From Mytilus trossulus (Eukaryota): 64,000 nt of DNA. Location of the stretch: contig NC_086379.1 of assembly GCF_036588685.1 (NCBI RefSeq), positions 55,304,001 to 55,368,000 on the forward strand, given 5' to 3'. A model generated the notes under the pieces. It had not been told where the DNA came from. It made no database searches and saw only the letters and a list, made by a program, of their open reading frames with translations. Position 1 is the stretch's first letter. Each line of letters opens with the position of its first letter. Of this stretch, positions 51,480 to 64,000 are shown in pieces. The translations under genes were made by a program, and so were the position numbers.

Positions 51480-54400
51480 ATCGAAACAACATCTAATACA
51501 AAAATTGAACATTTATCCTGCTGAACTTACTATAAACAAACCTAATGCTAACATAAAACTAATGCTATCAATGACCACTGCCCTTTCTTCGATCTTGATA
51601 TCTATATCAATAACGGGAAGCTTAATACAAAAATATATGATAAAAGAGATGTTTGTTTCAATTCCTATCGTTAGTTATTCAATTTTAGATGGTGACGTTT
51701 CCTTGTCACCATCTTATGACGTTTATATATCTCAACTTGTACGATTCACTCGTGTACAGTACTACCTGTGACTTTATCTTATTAATGGTGGCCATAAAAA
51801 ATATGTTCACCATGGTGGCCCTATATGTTCATCATCATACCCCCTGTTGCTTTTTTAATACACAAGGTATTAATCCCAAACTAGTCAAGGATAAAGGGAA
51901 ATCTTGAATGCATTGAAGTGTTAAATTATATAACTTACAGGTCATGTGTCTCAGGTAAAATATGTATGTGTTTGTCAAATTTAATAACTGTGATTATGAC
52001 AAGAAATTAAAAAATAAAATGAAATAAAATAAAACTAGTTGAAAAAACAGCTTAATAAAAAAATTATTGTCTCATGACTATTAGTTGTAATATTATACCC
52101 TTTAAATAATTTTTAATCAATTAAAAGTTATTTTTTATATTTAAAGTCTATTTTTTTGGTTTGTGAAAAAAAAATGCCTTTTTCTATTGACAAGGTCATG
52201 AAGGTGTTTCTCAAATAATTTTTTTAAAATCAAAATGTTTTATTATTGTTTATAGACTGCATTCAACATTGTTTAACATATGTTTAAGATTGTCTTTAGG
52301 ACTTATGCTAAATAAAATTTAGGCAATTCATTATTTCTCTAAATATTGAATAAAATATAAATATTAGAAATATTCATTACAGCAAAATTTGATAATATTT
52401 TTATTGTCATGATATTTTAGACATGATCCATGTTTTAACGGTTAAGCATTTCTTTTACTTTTTGTTTCAAGGTAAGCGACATTATTATGAGAAGGTAAAT
52501 AATTAAAAAAAAAATCTTATTAAGATGTTTTGTTAATTCTAAAATCAAGGAATACAAGATAGGTGTTCTTCATTGTCAGTGACATTGACTGATAATTGAC
52601 AGTTTACACATTCTATCCTTTTTAGGAGTTTTATACAAGTTATATTGTCCACTATTTTCTATTTTAAATTATGGCCAAAAATTCTCTACCTATTGACACA
52701 ATCAAGTTTACAGTTTTAATCATAAGTTTTTATTCTTAGATTTTTCTTTAAATTCATTTTTTTAAGGACTTTAAAAGTCTTAATTCATCTCATTCCCTGC
52801 AATTATTAATTTTATCATAATAAGGCATAGGTTGAGTGAAATATTCTTTGCAAATGTATACCAAGAATATGTATCATGCCAGTCCAGCACTATCTACAAT
52901 ATAATACACTGGGGAAAAATATAATTTAATTAATAGACCATAAAAGTGTCACCATCTTTAGAAGTGCAGTTTATATTTGAAAAAAATTAACCAAAGGGAA
53001 GATACTATATTTAATAAGTTTCAAGACAATTTCTTTAAATAATTAATTTTCATAAGATTCACTTTATTCAAATATATGAGAACATTTTTCATTATGATTA
53101 GCATTTTTAATGAACATTTATCAAAATTTGATGATAACTAGATGGGAATTTGGAAAATAAGTCTTTTCAGTGATTGTTTGTGCACAACTCTTGTTTTAAG
53201 ATTTGAAAAAAAATTAGATAAACAAAATTAGTTTTTTTCCTAAACCATATAATGATACTTGTAGTTTTCCTGAGTAGTATTAGACATGTAAGATGTTATC
53301 ATATACATTTATATAAACCTTAAAATTATTAAAGGTCTGTGTGTTTCAAATGCTAGTCAATAACTTTATCTTTGACTTTTTGCCATTTCTACTCAAGATT
53401 CTTACCAAAAAGAAATTAAAAGAATAAGAAACAAAAAAGTACTGAAAAAACAAATGCACAAATAAAAATTTTAAATAAGATTAAATACAAAAAAAATAAT
53501 ATTAAATATATTTTATTCTACAATCTCAAAAAAAGGTGAAATGTCATATTTAAGAAACCTGAGTTACCTGTACAGGTAAATATTAATGTACCATACCAGC
53601 TGAAAACTTCAACCCTGATTGATTTTTACAGGTAACATAATTAGATAAAACATCAACCTATGTTTTATGACCCCTAATAAATGGCCAACATCTCAAGATT
53701 GAATACCCCAATAAATGTTCACCATTGGATGTTGACCATGCAAGAGGGTGGACATAACTAAGAGAACGTCACAGGTTGTACTGTATGTAACAAAGTATTT
53801 TTTAGTATTAGAAATTTATGTATTACTGAAAAATTATTACACCAGGGTTTTCGATATCACAAGCTAGTCAAAACATTTACTAAATGTTATCATCGGTACA
53901 AGGACATAATTCGTAAATATAACTCATAATGTAGAAATCTTATACGTTAAGGTATTTTACATCAAATAAATTATGGTAATATTCTTTATAAGGCACAGTA
54001 ATGTCATAATTCATTTCATTTAAAGGGTTTTTGCATCGGAATTTAATACATTTATCCAAAAACCAGTTGTGGACATGACACGGGTTGTGTTCTTCTCATA
54101 TGTGAAATGATGGTATATTATTAAACCTCTTACGGGAGGGGTTGTGCCTGATGTTCATATGGTGAAGACATATTTTTTCAATCAGTTTAATTGAGGTCTG
54201 GAGCTTGGATGTCTGTAACTGCTAGTAGTCTGCTTTCACTTTATTGTGTCTATTTATTTAACGCATCAATGTAAATATAACGGAATTTGATGAGACTGTC
54301 ATTAAAGTGAGAGGGTAAGCGCTATAGAACCAGGTTTAATCCACCATTTTCTACATTTGAAAATGCCTGTACCAAGTCAGGAAAATGACAGTTCTTGTCT

Positions 54401-54642
54401 ATTCGTTTTTGATGCGTTTTGTTATTTGATTTTGCCATGTGATTATGGACTTTCCGAATTGATTTTCCTGTAAGTTCAGTATTTTTGTGATTTAACTTTT
54501 TATGTATTATTGTCATTTTTGTTTATTTTCTTTTGTTACCTCTTCTGACATCGGTCTTGGACTTCTCTTAAACTGAGTTTTACTGTTTGTACTGTTGTTT
54601 ATTTGCTTTTCTACATTGGCTAGAGGTAAAGGACGAGAGTTG
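51480..54642 (+). mobile_element. Penelope-like RT relic (second family) interrupted by a TIR element and a family C repeat
   Basis: IYPAELT…DLDISINNGKLNTKIYDKRD…DGDVSLSPSYDVYISQLVRFTRV, then after the insertion CN…RNLCITEKLLHQGFRYHKLVKTFTK from 53786. Confidence 0.82.
51757..53783. mobile_element. 2027-bp non-autonomous TIR DNA transposon with TA target-site duplication (Tc1/mariner-pogo type)
   Basis: TA|CAGTACTACCTGTGAC…GTCACAGGTTGTACTG|TA (15/16 TIR). Excision restores CGT GTA TGT AAC (RVCN) of the host RT. Confidence 0.9.
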
Positions 54643-54819
54643 TATTTTTTATGTTCTCCTCAAGAGAATGAATTTTTTTTAAATTGAGAATCGAAATGCT
54701 TAAAGAACACCCTTTTGAAGTTTGATTGTGTTATCGCCTGCATGTGTGCACCTTATAGTTGTGGTGTGCATCATAAAACAAAGGATTTACTTCACAGTCA
54801 GATATACAATTTGAAAATT

Positions 54820-55008
54820 TGTAGTATGGCGTTCATTATCACTGAACAAGTATATATTTGTTTAGGGGCCAGCTGAAGGACGCCTCCGGGTGCGGGAATT
54901 TCTCGCTACATTGAAGACCTGTTGGTGACCTTCTGCTGTTGTTTTTTTTTTTATTTGGTCGAGTTGTTGTCTCTTTGACACATTCCCCATTTCCATTCTC
55001 AATTTTAT
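54820..55008 (+). mobile_element. Repeat family D copy
   Basis: Matches 24008-24168. Confidence 0.85.
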
Positions 55009-55171
55009 CAATAACACACTGCTGATATTTCATAACGAAAAACGATCACCAATATTTGTATTTAAAAGGACTTCCTAATGACAAGTATAAGCGATTTAAA
55101 TGTTTTATCACTATAATTATGATAGGTACAGACCTTGAATTTATTGTTTATTTACATCTAGTCGTACTTAC

Positions 55172-55236
55172 CCTGTTTGTGATGAAGACATTTGTACATT
55201 AGAAATAAAAATAAAAATAGTCCATGATTTATACAT
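55172..55236 (-). CDS. Putative first coding exon, signal-peptide-like (MYKSWTIFIFISNVQMSSSQTG)
   Basis: ATG, short hydrophobic run, donor GG|GTAAGT; phase 2 matches the next exon. Confidence 0.6.
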
Positions 55237-55929
55237 TTTATCTAATTTCATGACACTAGTCGCAGCATACTCAAAATTAAATAATTCCTTATGACGACAA
55301 CATTTAACAACTATTTCAAAAACAAATCATTGTTCTCATTGCATCAACAATAAAGTTTTAGTGAATATACTGTTTCAATGACTAATAATTCACAATAGAA
55401 TTAAATACCACCAAAAGAATAGACTTTACAACTTTAAGATCAACAGCAGATATAAGTGTTATTTGTATTATATTTAAATAATTGATGCAGGGAGATAAAA
55501 GAATCAAAGACATAATTACTTTAAGTTTATTTATATAACAAAAAAGGGAGCAGGAAAAAATGATATCCTTTTGACAGTCTACAAATTTCCCATTGCGTAT
55601 ATTACTGGTTGCAATGACAAAATGGATGGTATATGTATTCTATCTAGTTCTTCGTGTAGCTCGGTGAATGTGATGAATATTTTCAACTCGGCTCCTCGAC
55701 GTAGACGCAGCCATGGTCATCGTCACTATACATCACCTTCTCTGCAATTTATACAAAAGCCGTTATGTATTCATTACATTTGCTTGAAACTTTATTCGTT
55801 ACCCCTTTCAAAACTTCATTCTGTGTTCAATTTATGTTTGGAATCCACTGTTACAAACCCTCATTCAAGCCAATACAAAATGAAGCTATATTTTCGGATA
55901 TTGCAAGTCACAGACTTTTCAAGCCAGTC

Positions 55930-56346
55930 CTCATATTCCAAATGGTGAAGTTGAAATCATCCCTTCGTAAATTCATCACGAGTTGGTTGACCGTTACGGA
56001 ATTACCGCTTCACAAATGATATCGAATATGTTCCTTTTGTCGTAACTACAATCACTTCCTTGTCATGAATGTGACCTCCCAAATAAGACTATTTACCGGA
56101 TTTGTTATCACATAAGCAACACGACGGGTGCAACATGTGGAGCAGGATCGGCTTACCCTTCCGGAGCACATTTGATAACCCCTAGTTTTTGATGGGGTTC
56201 GTGTTGTTTATTCTTTAGTTTTCTATGTTGTGTCATGTGTACTATTGTTTGTCTGTTTGTCTTTTTTAATTTTTAGCCATGGCGTTGTCAGTTTATTTTA
56301 TATCTATTAGTTTGACTGTCTCCTTGGTATCATTCGTCCCTCTTTC
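55930..56346 (+). mobile_element. Penelope-like 3' fragment (family E)
   Basis: FQMVKLKSSLRKF plus tail matching 27585-28015. Confidence 0.85.
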
Positions 56347-56779
56347 ACAGAAGTAGATTGACGAGATAAAAAAATTAGTTTTTCTTAAATTCGAAAAAAA
56401 AAGAAGATTCGATCATAGATCCTGCTGATTTTCTCCGAATTATTTATCCAAAGTGAAATAGCAAACAGGAGGAACACTCAAAACTGAAGGAAACTTATAA
56501 AATGGCAGCAACTGACATATTACTAATATAGTACAGAAATTTACTTGTGAGGAAAATTGTTTATGAACTGTTTTTTTAATTATCATTCGCATACAATAAA
56601 ATTTGACTGACAACAATGCATGAGCAAAACAAACAGGTACAAATATTAGGTAATGATGCCAACAATCGGGTTGAATGAGTCTTTAAACAGAAATAACATA
56701 CAATTGTGTCAACTTTACTGCTTAGGTTTTAAAACGAATTGTATCAATTTAAAGTAACGACGTACACTCTTAAAGGTAG

Positions 56780-57105
56780 AAAAGACGGTCGAAAGATACC
56801 ATAGGGACAGTCAAATTCATGGATTGAAAATAAACTGACACCGTCATGGCCGAAAAATAAAAAGACAAAAATACAAAACAATAGTACAGAAACCACAACA
56901 TACAAAACTAAGGACTAAGCAACACGAACCCCTCCATAACCGGATCTCAGGTGCTCCGGACCGGTAAGCAGATCTTGCTCGACATGTGTCATCCGTTGTG
57001 TTGCTTATGTTGAATCCGGTAAATAGTCTAATTCGGTAGGTCACATTCGTGAAAAGAAAAGGGTATTGTAGTTACGACATGAGGAACATATCCGATAGCA
57101 TCTGT
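56780..57105 (-). mobile_element. Penelope-like 3' tail (family E)
   Basis: Reverse complement of 56015-56346. Confidence 0.8.
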
Positions 57106-57469
57106 AAACCTTTGTGTTTTTATCCTGTTTGGCTGTGTATACCGCTTGGTGGTTTTTTTATTGTTTGTACGTTTGTTGTTTTTTTTTTGTAGTTCTCGGG
57201 ATGGGTTATATTTGGAACAATATCCTTTTTTTTCAAAGAAAAGTTAAAGTTCGCGTGTATCATTGTTAACGATAAACTCATGTTGCACATCTTTCAGTGT
57301 AACCAAATTATACAATGCATAAACAACTATGTACGCTAAATCGAGTTCATTATTATGACAGTTTGTGTCACTCGTGAGCCTTTGGAATAAGTAAAACGGC
57401 ATTTGGACAGTACTACCAGTGCCACATAAACTTATCATAGAAACCTATACCATGTTTTTAAATTTTGTA

Positions 57470-57520
57470 TTTGAGCCAGTCACGCATTTCGTCTAAAAAA
57501 ATACTCAGTGACGCTCGGAT
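57470..57520 (-). mobile_element. Highly degenerate retrozyme/HHR relic
   Basis: Minus strand reads GAGCGTCACTGAGTATTTTTTTAGACGAAATGCGTGACTGGC. Confidence 0.5.
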
Positions 57521-58614
57521 AAAAAAAGGTTTAACAGAAGGCGTTAATGAAATTGCATTTTTGTCAGGTCAAATTGCATGTTCTAGTCAATTGCATAAAA
57601 TGACATATTTTTTTTATTGATCGTCTATGCAAGGCTATCTTTTATTTAATATCACAATTGATAATAATAACATAAGATGTTTGTTTCATTATGATAAAGT
57701 TATTTTGATTGACTAACAGCAATGAAAATAACACGATGTCCCACAATAAAGTTCACAGGTTAATTAATGATAAAAAAAATCGTGTTTTCTTAATCCTAAC
57801 TAAAAACAAAAAAAAAATTATAAGTATTGAATGTCTATTTTTGTAAATTCATAGGAATGTAAAAGCGTTGACCGTGTTTTTTAGAATACAAAACGTACAA
57901 CGCTTTTACACCCCAATGAAGTTACAAATGAGGCATTCAATTCTAAAATAAAAGATGCAATGTTAATATGCATAATCGTCCAACAAATATATTTACAATA
58001 CACATGTATTGGGTATTAGCATCATCAAGTAATGCTTAATAACTGATTTTTTTTTTTACAGTTTTAACATTTAAGCTAATTTTTAGACGGTTTCCGTATT
58101 TTTATTCATTCTTAATATTTGATCGGTGTGGTATTTGATGATAATAAATAATAAAAATAAAGGTTGATTGGATGAAAACGGATTTTGCATCTTTCATTTG
58201 TTTGCAAAAAACGTCTGAAAAGTGACAGATTATGCCATATTTGAGAGATATCTATTATTCAAAGTCATATAAAACTTCAAATTGATTTTTTTATAACTGA
58301 ATGGATAGTTTTTGCTATAAAACTTATGTATACTTTTTGTCTCAAGAAAATTTATCGTTATTAAGAAGAATGTCCTTTTTGTAATTCCTTGATTCCACGA
58401 AACAATTTACCGATCTGTTTTTCAGTATGCAGTGAACTCAGCGTGAGCTTTCTCGTTAAACCGGTGAATGCAATACACATTTGTATCTGTAATTGAAATA
58501 AACTATTATGGTCGTAATGTACATGTTAAACATGTGCTAAATATCTGTATTTCTTTGTTGGTTGTTTACTAAGTTGACAATCGGTAAACTACGGCTTCAA
58601 AGCACGACAGCTAA

Positions 58615-58840
58615 TGAAGTTGAAATCATCCCTTCGTAAATTTTACGGACGCCATCACGAGTTGGTTAACTGTTATGGAATAAGCGTTTCACAGATGATA
58701 TCGGATATGTTCCTCACGTCGTTACTACAAACCCTTCCTTTTCATGAATGTGACCTACCGAATTAGATTATTTACCGCATTTGTCAAAACATGAGCAATA
58801 CGACTGCTGCTTACCCTTCCGGAGCACCCGAGATCACCCA
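58615..58840 (+). mobile_element. Penelope-like fragment (family E)
   Basis: KLKSSLRKFYGRHHELV plus partial tail. Confidence 0.8.
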
Positions 58841-59395
58841 ATACCGAATAGTCGGCTATAAAAGGTCTAAAAATGACAAATGTAAAATAGTTCAAATGAA
58901 AAGACTAACAGCCAAAATACTGAACGAGATACAAATATGATATACAGCAACAAACGACAACCACGAATTACAGGCTACTGAATTAATGGCACAGGCAAAT
59001 ACAGAATGTGGCGGGGTTAAACAAGTTTAAAGGTGCGCCAACCCTCCCCTAACCTTTGGTGGTGGTGTATAAGTGCAACATAAGAAAAAACTATAAAAAT
59101 CAGACGAAAACGCTTTTAACTAATCGAATCGATCCAAAGGAAAATACATCGAACAAAATCAAAGAATGGACGTGGTAGGGTAGTAAGGAATCCCGACAAC
59201 AAAAATATCCTAAATTTAGACTTGGAAATACTCGCAGTTACTGACGACTAGATAAATGCCAAAAATAACTAATAAATCAAAAAAATGATATGGTCACCTT
59301 ATTTTTTTTATTCGTTCTCTAGATATGTGAAATGTTGACTACTGCACGTAGTTAATGCAAAAAGGTTCGTCCGAATAAGGTCATGACATTGTTAT

Positions 59396-59717
59396 TTATG
59401 TAGAAGACACGCGCGTCTGGCGTACTAAATAATAATCCTGATACCTTTGATAACTTTAACACCACTGGGTCGATGCCACTGCTGGTGGACGTTTCGTCCC
59501 CGAGGGAATCAACAGCCCAGTAATCAACACTCTGATGTTGACATGAATATCAATAATGTGGTCATTTTTCTAAATTTCCTGTTTACAAAACTTTGAATTT
59601 TTCGAAACACTAAGATTTTGCTTATCCCAGGCATAGATTACCTTAGCCGTATTTGGCACAGCTTTTTTCGAATTTTGGATAATCAATGCTCTTCAAATTT
59701 TTACTTGTTTTGCTTTA
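59396..59717 (+). mobile_element. Near-full retrozyme monomer, permuted (starts inside the HHR)
   Basis: TTATGTAGAAGACACGCGCGTCTGGCGTACTAAAT…CCACTGGGTCGATGCCACTGCTGGTGGACG…; matches the array unit. Confidence 0.88.
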
Positions 59718-59729
59718 TACTTAAGATAA

Positions 59730-60040
59730 TATAAAAAAGAAGATATAGTATGATTGCCAATGACACAACTATCCACAAAAGACCAAAATGACACAGACAT
59801 TAACAACTATAGGTCACCGTACGGCCTTCAACAATGAGCAAATACAATTACACATCGTCAACTATAAAAGGCTCCGATAAGACAAACAATTCAAACGAGA
59901 AAACTAACGGCCTTATTTATGAAAAAAAATTAACGAAAAACAAATATGTAACACATAAACAAACGACAACCACTGAATTACATGCTCCTGACTTGGGACA
60001 GGCACATACATACATAATGTGGCAGGGTTAAACTTGTTAG
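59730..60040 (-). mobile_element. Repeat family A copy
   Basis: Near-identical to 1-300. Confidence 0.85.
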
Positions 60041-60044
60041 CATA

Positions 60045-61643
60045 TATACATGTAGCCTGGTATAATCTATACACGAGACGCTCCATTTTTGTTGGCGGGG
60101 CTGTGTATTTAATAAAAACTTCTCATCAATAGATAAAATATTAAAATCACCATTACTTCTTTTAACTTCATAAAATAAACTTTCTCGTAAATCTGCATAT
60201 AAAGGACAATCTAAAATAACATGTTTCTCATCTTCAACTTTATCATTGCACACAAAGCAAACTCTTTCATTTACAGTTTTGTTTTCATAGCGACCTGTTT
60301 CTATTCGCAAGGGGGCAACGCCACACCTAAATTTAGCAAATGCACTTCTATATCGTATTGAAATGTTTTCCTTCAAATACATCTCTGTTCCAAAAATATC
60401 TTTAAATAATTTATAAGTACGTAATTTTTCTCCAGCATTTTGAGACAATATTCTAATATGCCAATTTATCTTATAGTTTTCAAATAAAAAATATTCTAAC
60501 TGTGTAATAACATTTTTATGTAACACATTATCCAAACTAGTGTATAAATCTACATTATATTCTCTAAATTTTGACATAATTCTATAACACCAATTTTTCT
60601 TTTTATCAATGGCATTTTTAACTGCCCATTGGAATACTTTATAATTCACCCTATCTGTTGACATAACATTACATCTAGCCCAATGTATAAAACCACAACT
60701 CCACTGCTTCACACATGGAGGTTTCCAACCCATATCCCCATTAATGGCATCACTAGGTGTATATTTACCAAGACCCATAAAAAACGGATAGCTCTGTGCT
60801 GAACAGCATTTATACAAGAAAAATCTCTGGTGCCCCAAATGGCTGCACCATGCATAACTTATGACTGACCAGACTAAGCTATCAAAAAGTTTTGTATATG
60901 TATTAAAGTGGAAACCTCCATGTGCTTTACTCTTTACAATCAGTAAACTTAATGCTCTCCCTGCTGATCTGGCTACAGATTTTGCCATTTCATTATAACC
61001 TAGAAATTCAGTCAACAATAGACCAAGATATTGATATTTTGATACAATACACAATTGTTTTTCACCAAGTAAAAATATTACATTTGTTGGTTGTACAGAG
61101 GGATTTCTAAAATGCACAATCTTCGTTTTTTCAAAGTTAACATTCAATAACTTATCTTTACACCATGTATTAAGAATATCTAGCATTAGTTGTACATCAT
61201 TTTCATTTTCAGCAATTAATACAATATCATCTGCATATAAAAGAATACCTATTTTTTCACCATCGATATCAATACCGATGTCTAGACCTTTTATATCTGT
61301 GACTAAACTATTTATAAAAAATTAAATAATATAGGTGATAAAACGCACCCTTGTTTTAAGCCTGAGTTAACACTGAACCACTCAGTTAACTTTCTATTCA
61401 ATTTGATTGCACATTCAACCTGAGAATAAATCGATTTAATAGTATTCAAAAATTTTGAACTGATACCAATATCATTTAAATCTTTAAACAATAAACTTCT
61501 GTTAACTGTATCATAAGCTTTCTTAAAATCTACAAAGACAGCAAAAGTTGACTTTTTTTTCAATTTCCTTGTCTCAATAATGGACGTAATTTGCTACTTT
61601 TACGAAATCCATTTTGTTCATCATGTAAAATATCATGTAAAAC
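60045..61643 (-). mobile_element. 5'-truncated, frameshifted non-LTR retrotransposon ORF2 (CR1/L2-group RT)
   Basis: DEQNGFRK, FVDFKKAYDTV, GLKQGCVLSPILF, LLYADDIVLIA, YQYLG, and C-terminal FRCGVAPLRIETGRY…CFVC…EDEKHVILDCPLY; several frameshifts. Confidence 0.92.
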
Positions 61644-61863
61644 ATGTACAGGTATGATATAGGTAAAAAAATATTAAAAGGTAAATGTGGCGCTATTTCA
61701 TTTCATTTATTGGCACACTTAATACCATCAAAATAAAAGAGAGTGACGCAATTAATACCTTTTCAAAACTGCAATTGGCGCAAATTGATTCTGCCCGTTG
61801 AAATATCCCCTTCGTGATATTAATTAAAAATCAATTAAGATTACAGATATGTTTATCCTGAGG

Positions 61864-63672
61864 CTACATTTTGTTAGTAGTATCAGCAACGTCCTTTCCT
61901 TCCGAGTGAATGTTTTCATGTGCACTACTTGTAACAAAAAATAGAAAGTCAAACAGCCTTTCGTCTGAAATTGTTGACCAGATCATATTTCTAAACAAGA
62001 ACAAAATCAAAGTGACCGGCGGTGAACCCTACGCAACAGATTAGGGACAAATTTAACGGTGTTTGTATACGGATCAGCACTTTCATGGATTAATAATTAA
62101 CTCGTCACAAGCCATAAAACTCACCTTTGTTTGTTAATCGAGACTTCTATGTAAACGTGATTGGTATGAGATGTACATTTAAATTAATTTAATCACTCTG
62201 TATTCTTAACTTATTAATAACTATAATTGTTTAATTTAAAAATAAAAAAAAAGCCGAAAATAAACTGACAACGTCATGGCTTTAAAAAAAAAATCAGACA
62301 AACGATGGTGCAAAAAGGGAAGACTGAGCAACACAAAACAGTAATTTGAAGTCCAATATTATTGTTGCCAAATCAATGGACAAGTCCTATCATTAAAGAT
62401 ACCAACTCCTCATGAACAGATGATACATATATTGGCTACTTTGTCGGATTTATATGCAAATATTTTTTTAAAGTTTTTATTGTAATTTGGTTCATGAACA
62501 CGTCCACAAACAATAATTGCTATTATGATAGGTTATTTGTAGAAAACGGCAGTCGGTAATTCATTGCTTAATTGATTCAAAAACAGAGGAGCAATGTTTG
62601 TAGTACGTTAGTTTTATATGTAACAAAAACACTGCATCCCACCTTAAATCTAAACTTTTCAATAAACGTTTAAGATTCATCCGAGTACTCGCGAGTACTC
62701 GAGTATCTTGACCGAGTATCCGAGTATTAAATTTCAGATCTTTTGACATCCCTAGTATTTATACAGCCTATCTCATCTTGCCTATATGGTGTTTACTAAA
62801 TTCCCTGTTTTTGTAGACATTTTTCATTTGTCAATTGATTGGCTGTACCTTATGTCCGTTTAGTATCTTTGCAGTTTTTCTAACTATTTCACAATATTTA
62901 ATGACTGTTTTATGGATAGTATATACGTGACTGCAAATAATGATCTATCGGAAAGATTATTATCTTTATCAATTCGAAAACTGAATAATAAATCCTTCCG
63001 ATAAGAAAATTAGATGTATCGGTTGAAACAAATTCGTCGAACAACAATGTGGAAGAATTTATTTAATTGTTAGGAATGGTTGTCATTTTTACTTCGTAAT
63101 TAAAGGTAAAGAAAAATATATGTATCGTGAATCAAAACATCAGTCACGCAGTTTTTGGTATACGATGTTCACTTTTCCTATGATATATTACACATCTATG
63201 AACTCTCAATGTCTCTTTTTTATTGAACTGCTTTTACTTTCGAGTGATGCACATTTTCATTTCTTGTTTCCAATAGCTAAATATAAACATTTTATTCATA
63301 ATTTATTTTCCTCTGGACTTACATCCACAGGCACTTGTCTCAGATTTCCCCCCTTATATACATTTGTACCTGAATATAAGACAAGGTACTTAACTAAAAA
63401 TTACGAAAAATGTCACTTGGTCGCAAAATTCCGTAAAAATGCCGATATCTCAATTGCCAACCCCGGTATAACTTGTTATGCTGTAAATCTGAATTGATTT
63501 TTCTACACAATGGTGTATAACAAACCTACTTCTGTTGTCGGAATCATCCGTTGCAATCCTACCCAAGTATGGCAATCGTACTTATTCCGTCTACCGACGA
63601 CAATTTGGAAACAAACGTCACGCAGTACAAGGTTCTTCCCATTCTCAAGATCTGAACGTTTCTCGGAGTTAT
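61864..63672 (-). CDS. Putative last four exons of an unidentified gene entering from the right edge
   Basis: Exons 63526-63672, 63323-63369, 62125-62146 and 61864-61964, with GT-AG introns and phases 1/0/1, join into one open frame (DNSEKRSDLENGK…DCHTWVGLQR…GTNVYKGGNLRQVPVD KSRLTNK DERLFDFLFF…TTNKM*); AATAAA lies ~150 nt after the stop (61706-61711). Confidence 0.5.
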
Positions 63673-64000
63673 CTGTTCTTATTACATTTCATACGTAAAG
63701 TCAAGAGAGAGTCTGAATGATATCAATAGAATTGGAAAATCTGAGTTCTAAAAATATAAACTCCTGACACATACATGTACAACATCAAAAACACTTATTA
63801 CGGTTTGTTTCACATATTTTTTTACGAATTTAAAGTAAAGATAATAATAACTATTTAGAGAAAGCTGATAGTTTTTTTGGTAAATTTTTTTTTAAATAAA
63901 TCGATCACTGCTGACTTAGTGTTTTCAACTTGGCGTCGATATATAAAAAAAAAAGTCACACTGACTTGCTTCTCAGGCATGCTACGAATGATCCCGACAA

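Larger units (their letters stand above)
41733..55236 (-). pseudogene. Spliced gene for a type I membrane protein (signal peptide, partial EMI-like module, 2 Ig-like domains, TM, Tyr-motif tail); two frameshifts (pseudogene, null allele or assembly error)
   Basis: Nine exons with GT-AG introns and compatible phases: 55172-55236, 49730-49819, 46364-46373, 46151-46160, 45503-45789, 44748-45105, 44213-44326, 42587-42605, 41733-41847. Confidence 0.75.

Noticed and set aside
55571-55948. 125-aa ORF and antisense frames
   Set aside because: No recognisable domain or consistent splice structure; may be a decayed coding fragment but cannot be supported
186-59000. Most 60-90 aa ORFs in the track
   Set aside because: Chance ORFs in AT-rich DNA or translations of non-coding repeat tails; prokaryote-style starts are not meaningful here

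Overview
Very AT-rich eukaryotic DNA; the repeat families and gene types look like a bivalve mollusc, probably Mytilus (inferred, not verified). Almost all ORFs in the supplied track are spurious. Supported content: (1) a ~3.5-unit tandem array of a ~356-bp retrozyme-like repeat (34.84-36.08 kb). Each unit carries a type I hammerhead ribozyme (HHR) on the minus strand and a second conserved structured motif that reads like a vestigial HHR of opposite polarity. Several dispersed copies occur elsewhere. (2) A spliced minus-strand gene (55.2 to 41.7 kb): signal peptide, truncated EMI-like Cys module with two 10-nt microexons, two Ig-like domains, transmembrane helix and Tyr-motif tail. Both Ig exons are frameshifted. 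(3) The 3' exons of a second, unidentified minus-strand gene (63.7 to 61.9 kb). (4) A 2.6-33 kb zone of old direct and inverted local duplications that preserves a ~120-bp non-coding core at least 7 times. (5) Many retroelement relics (Penelope-like RT fragments and tails, a CR1/L2-type LINE, a tRNA-derived SINE), a 2-kb TA-TSD TIR element nested in a Penelope-like RT, and several palindromes. All calls were made by eye; repeat coordinates are approximate.
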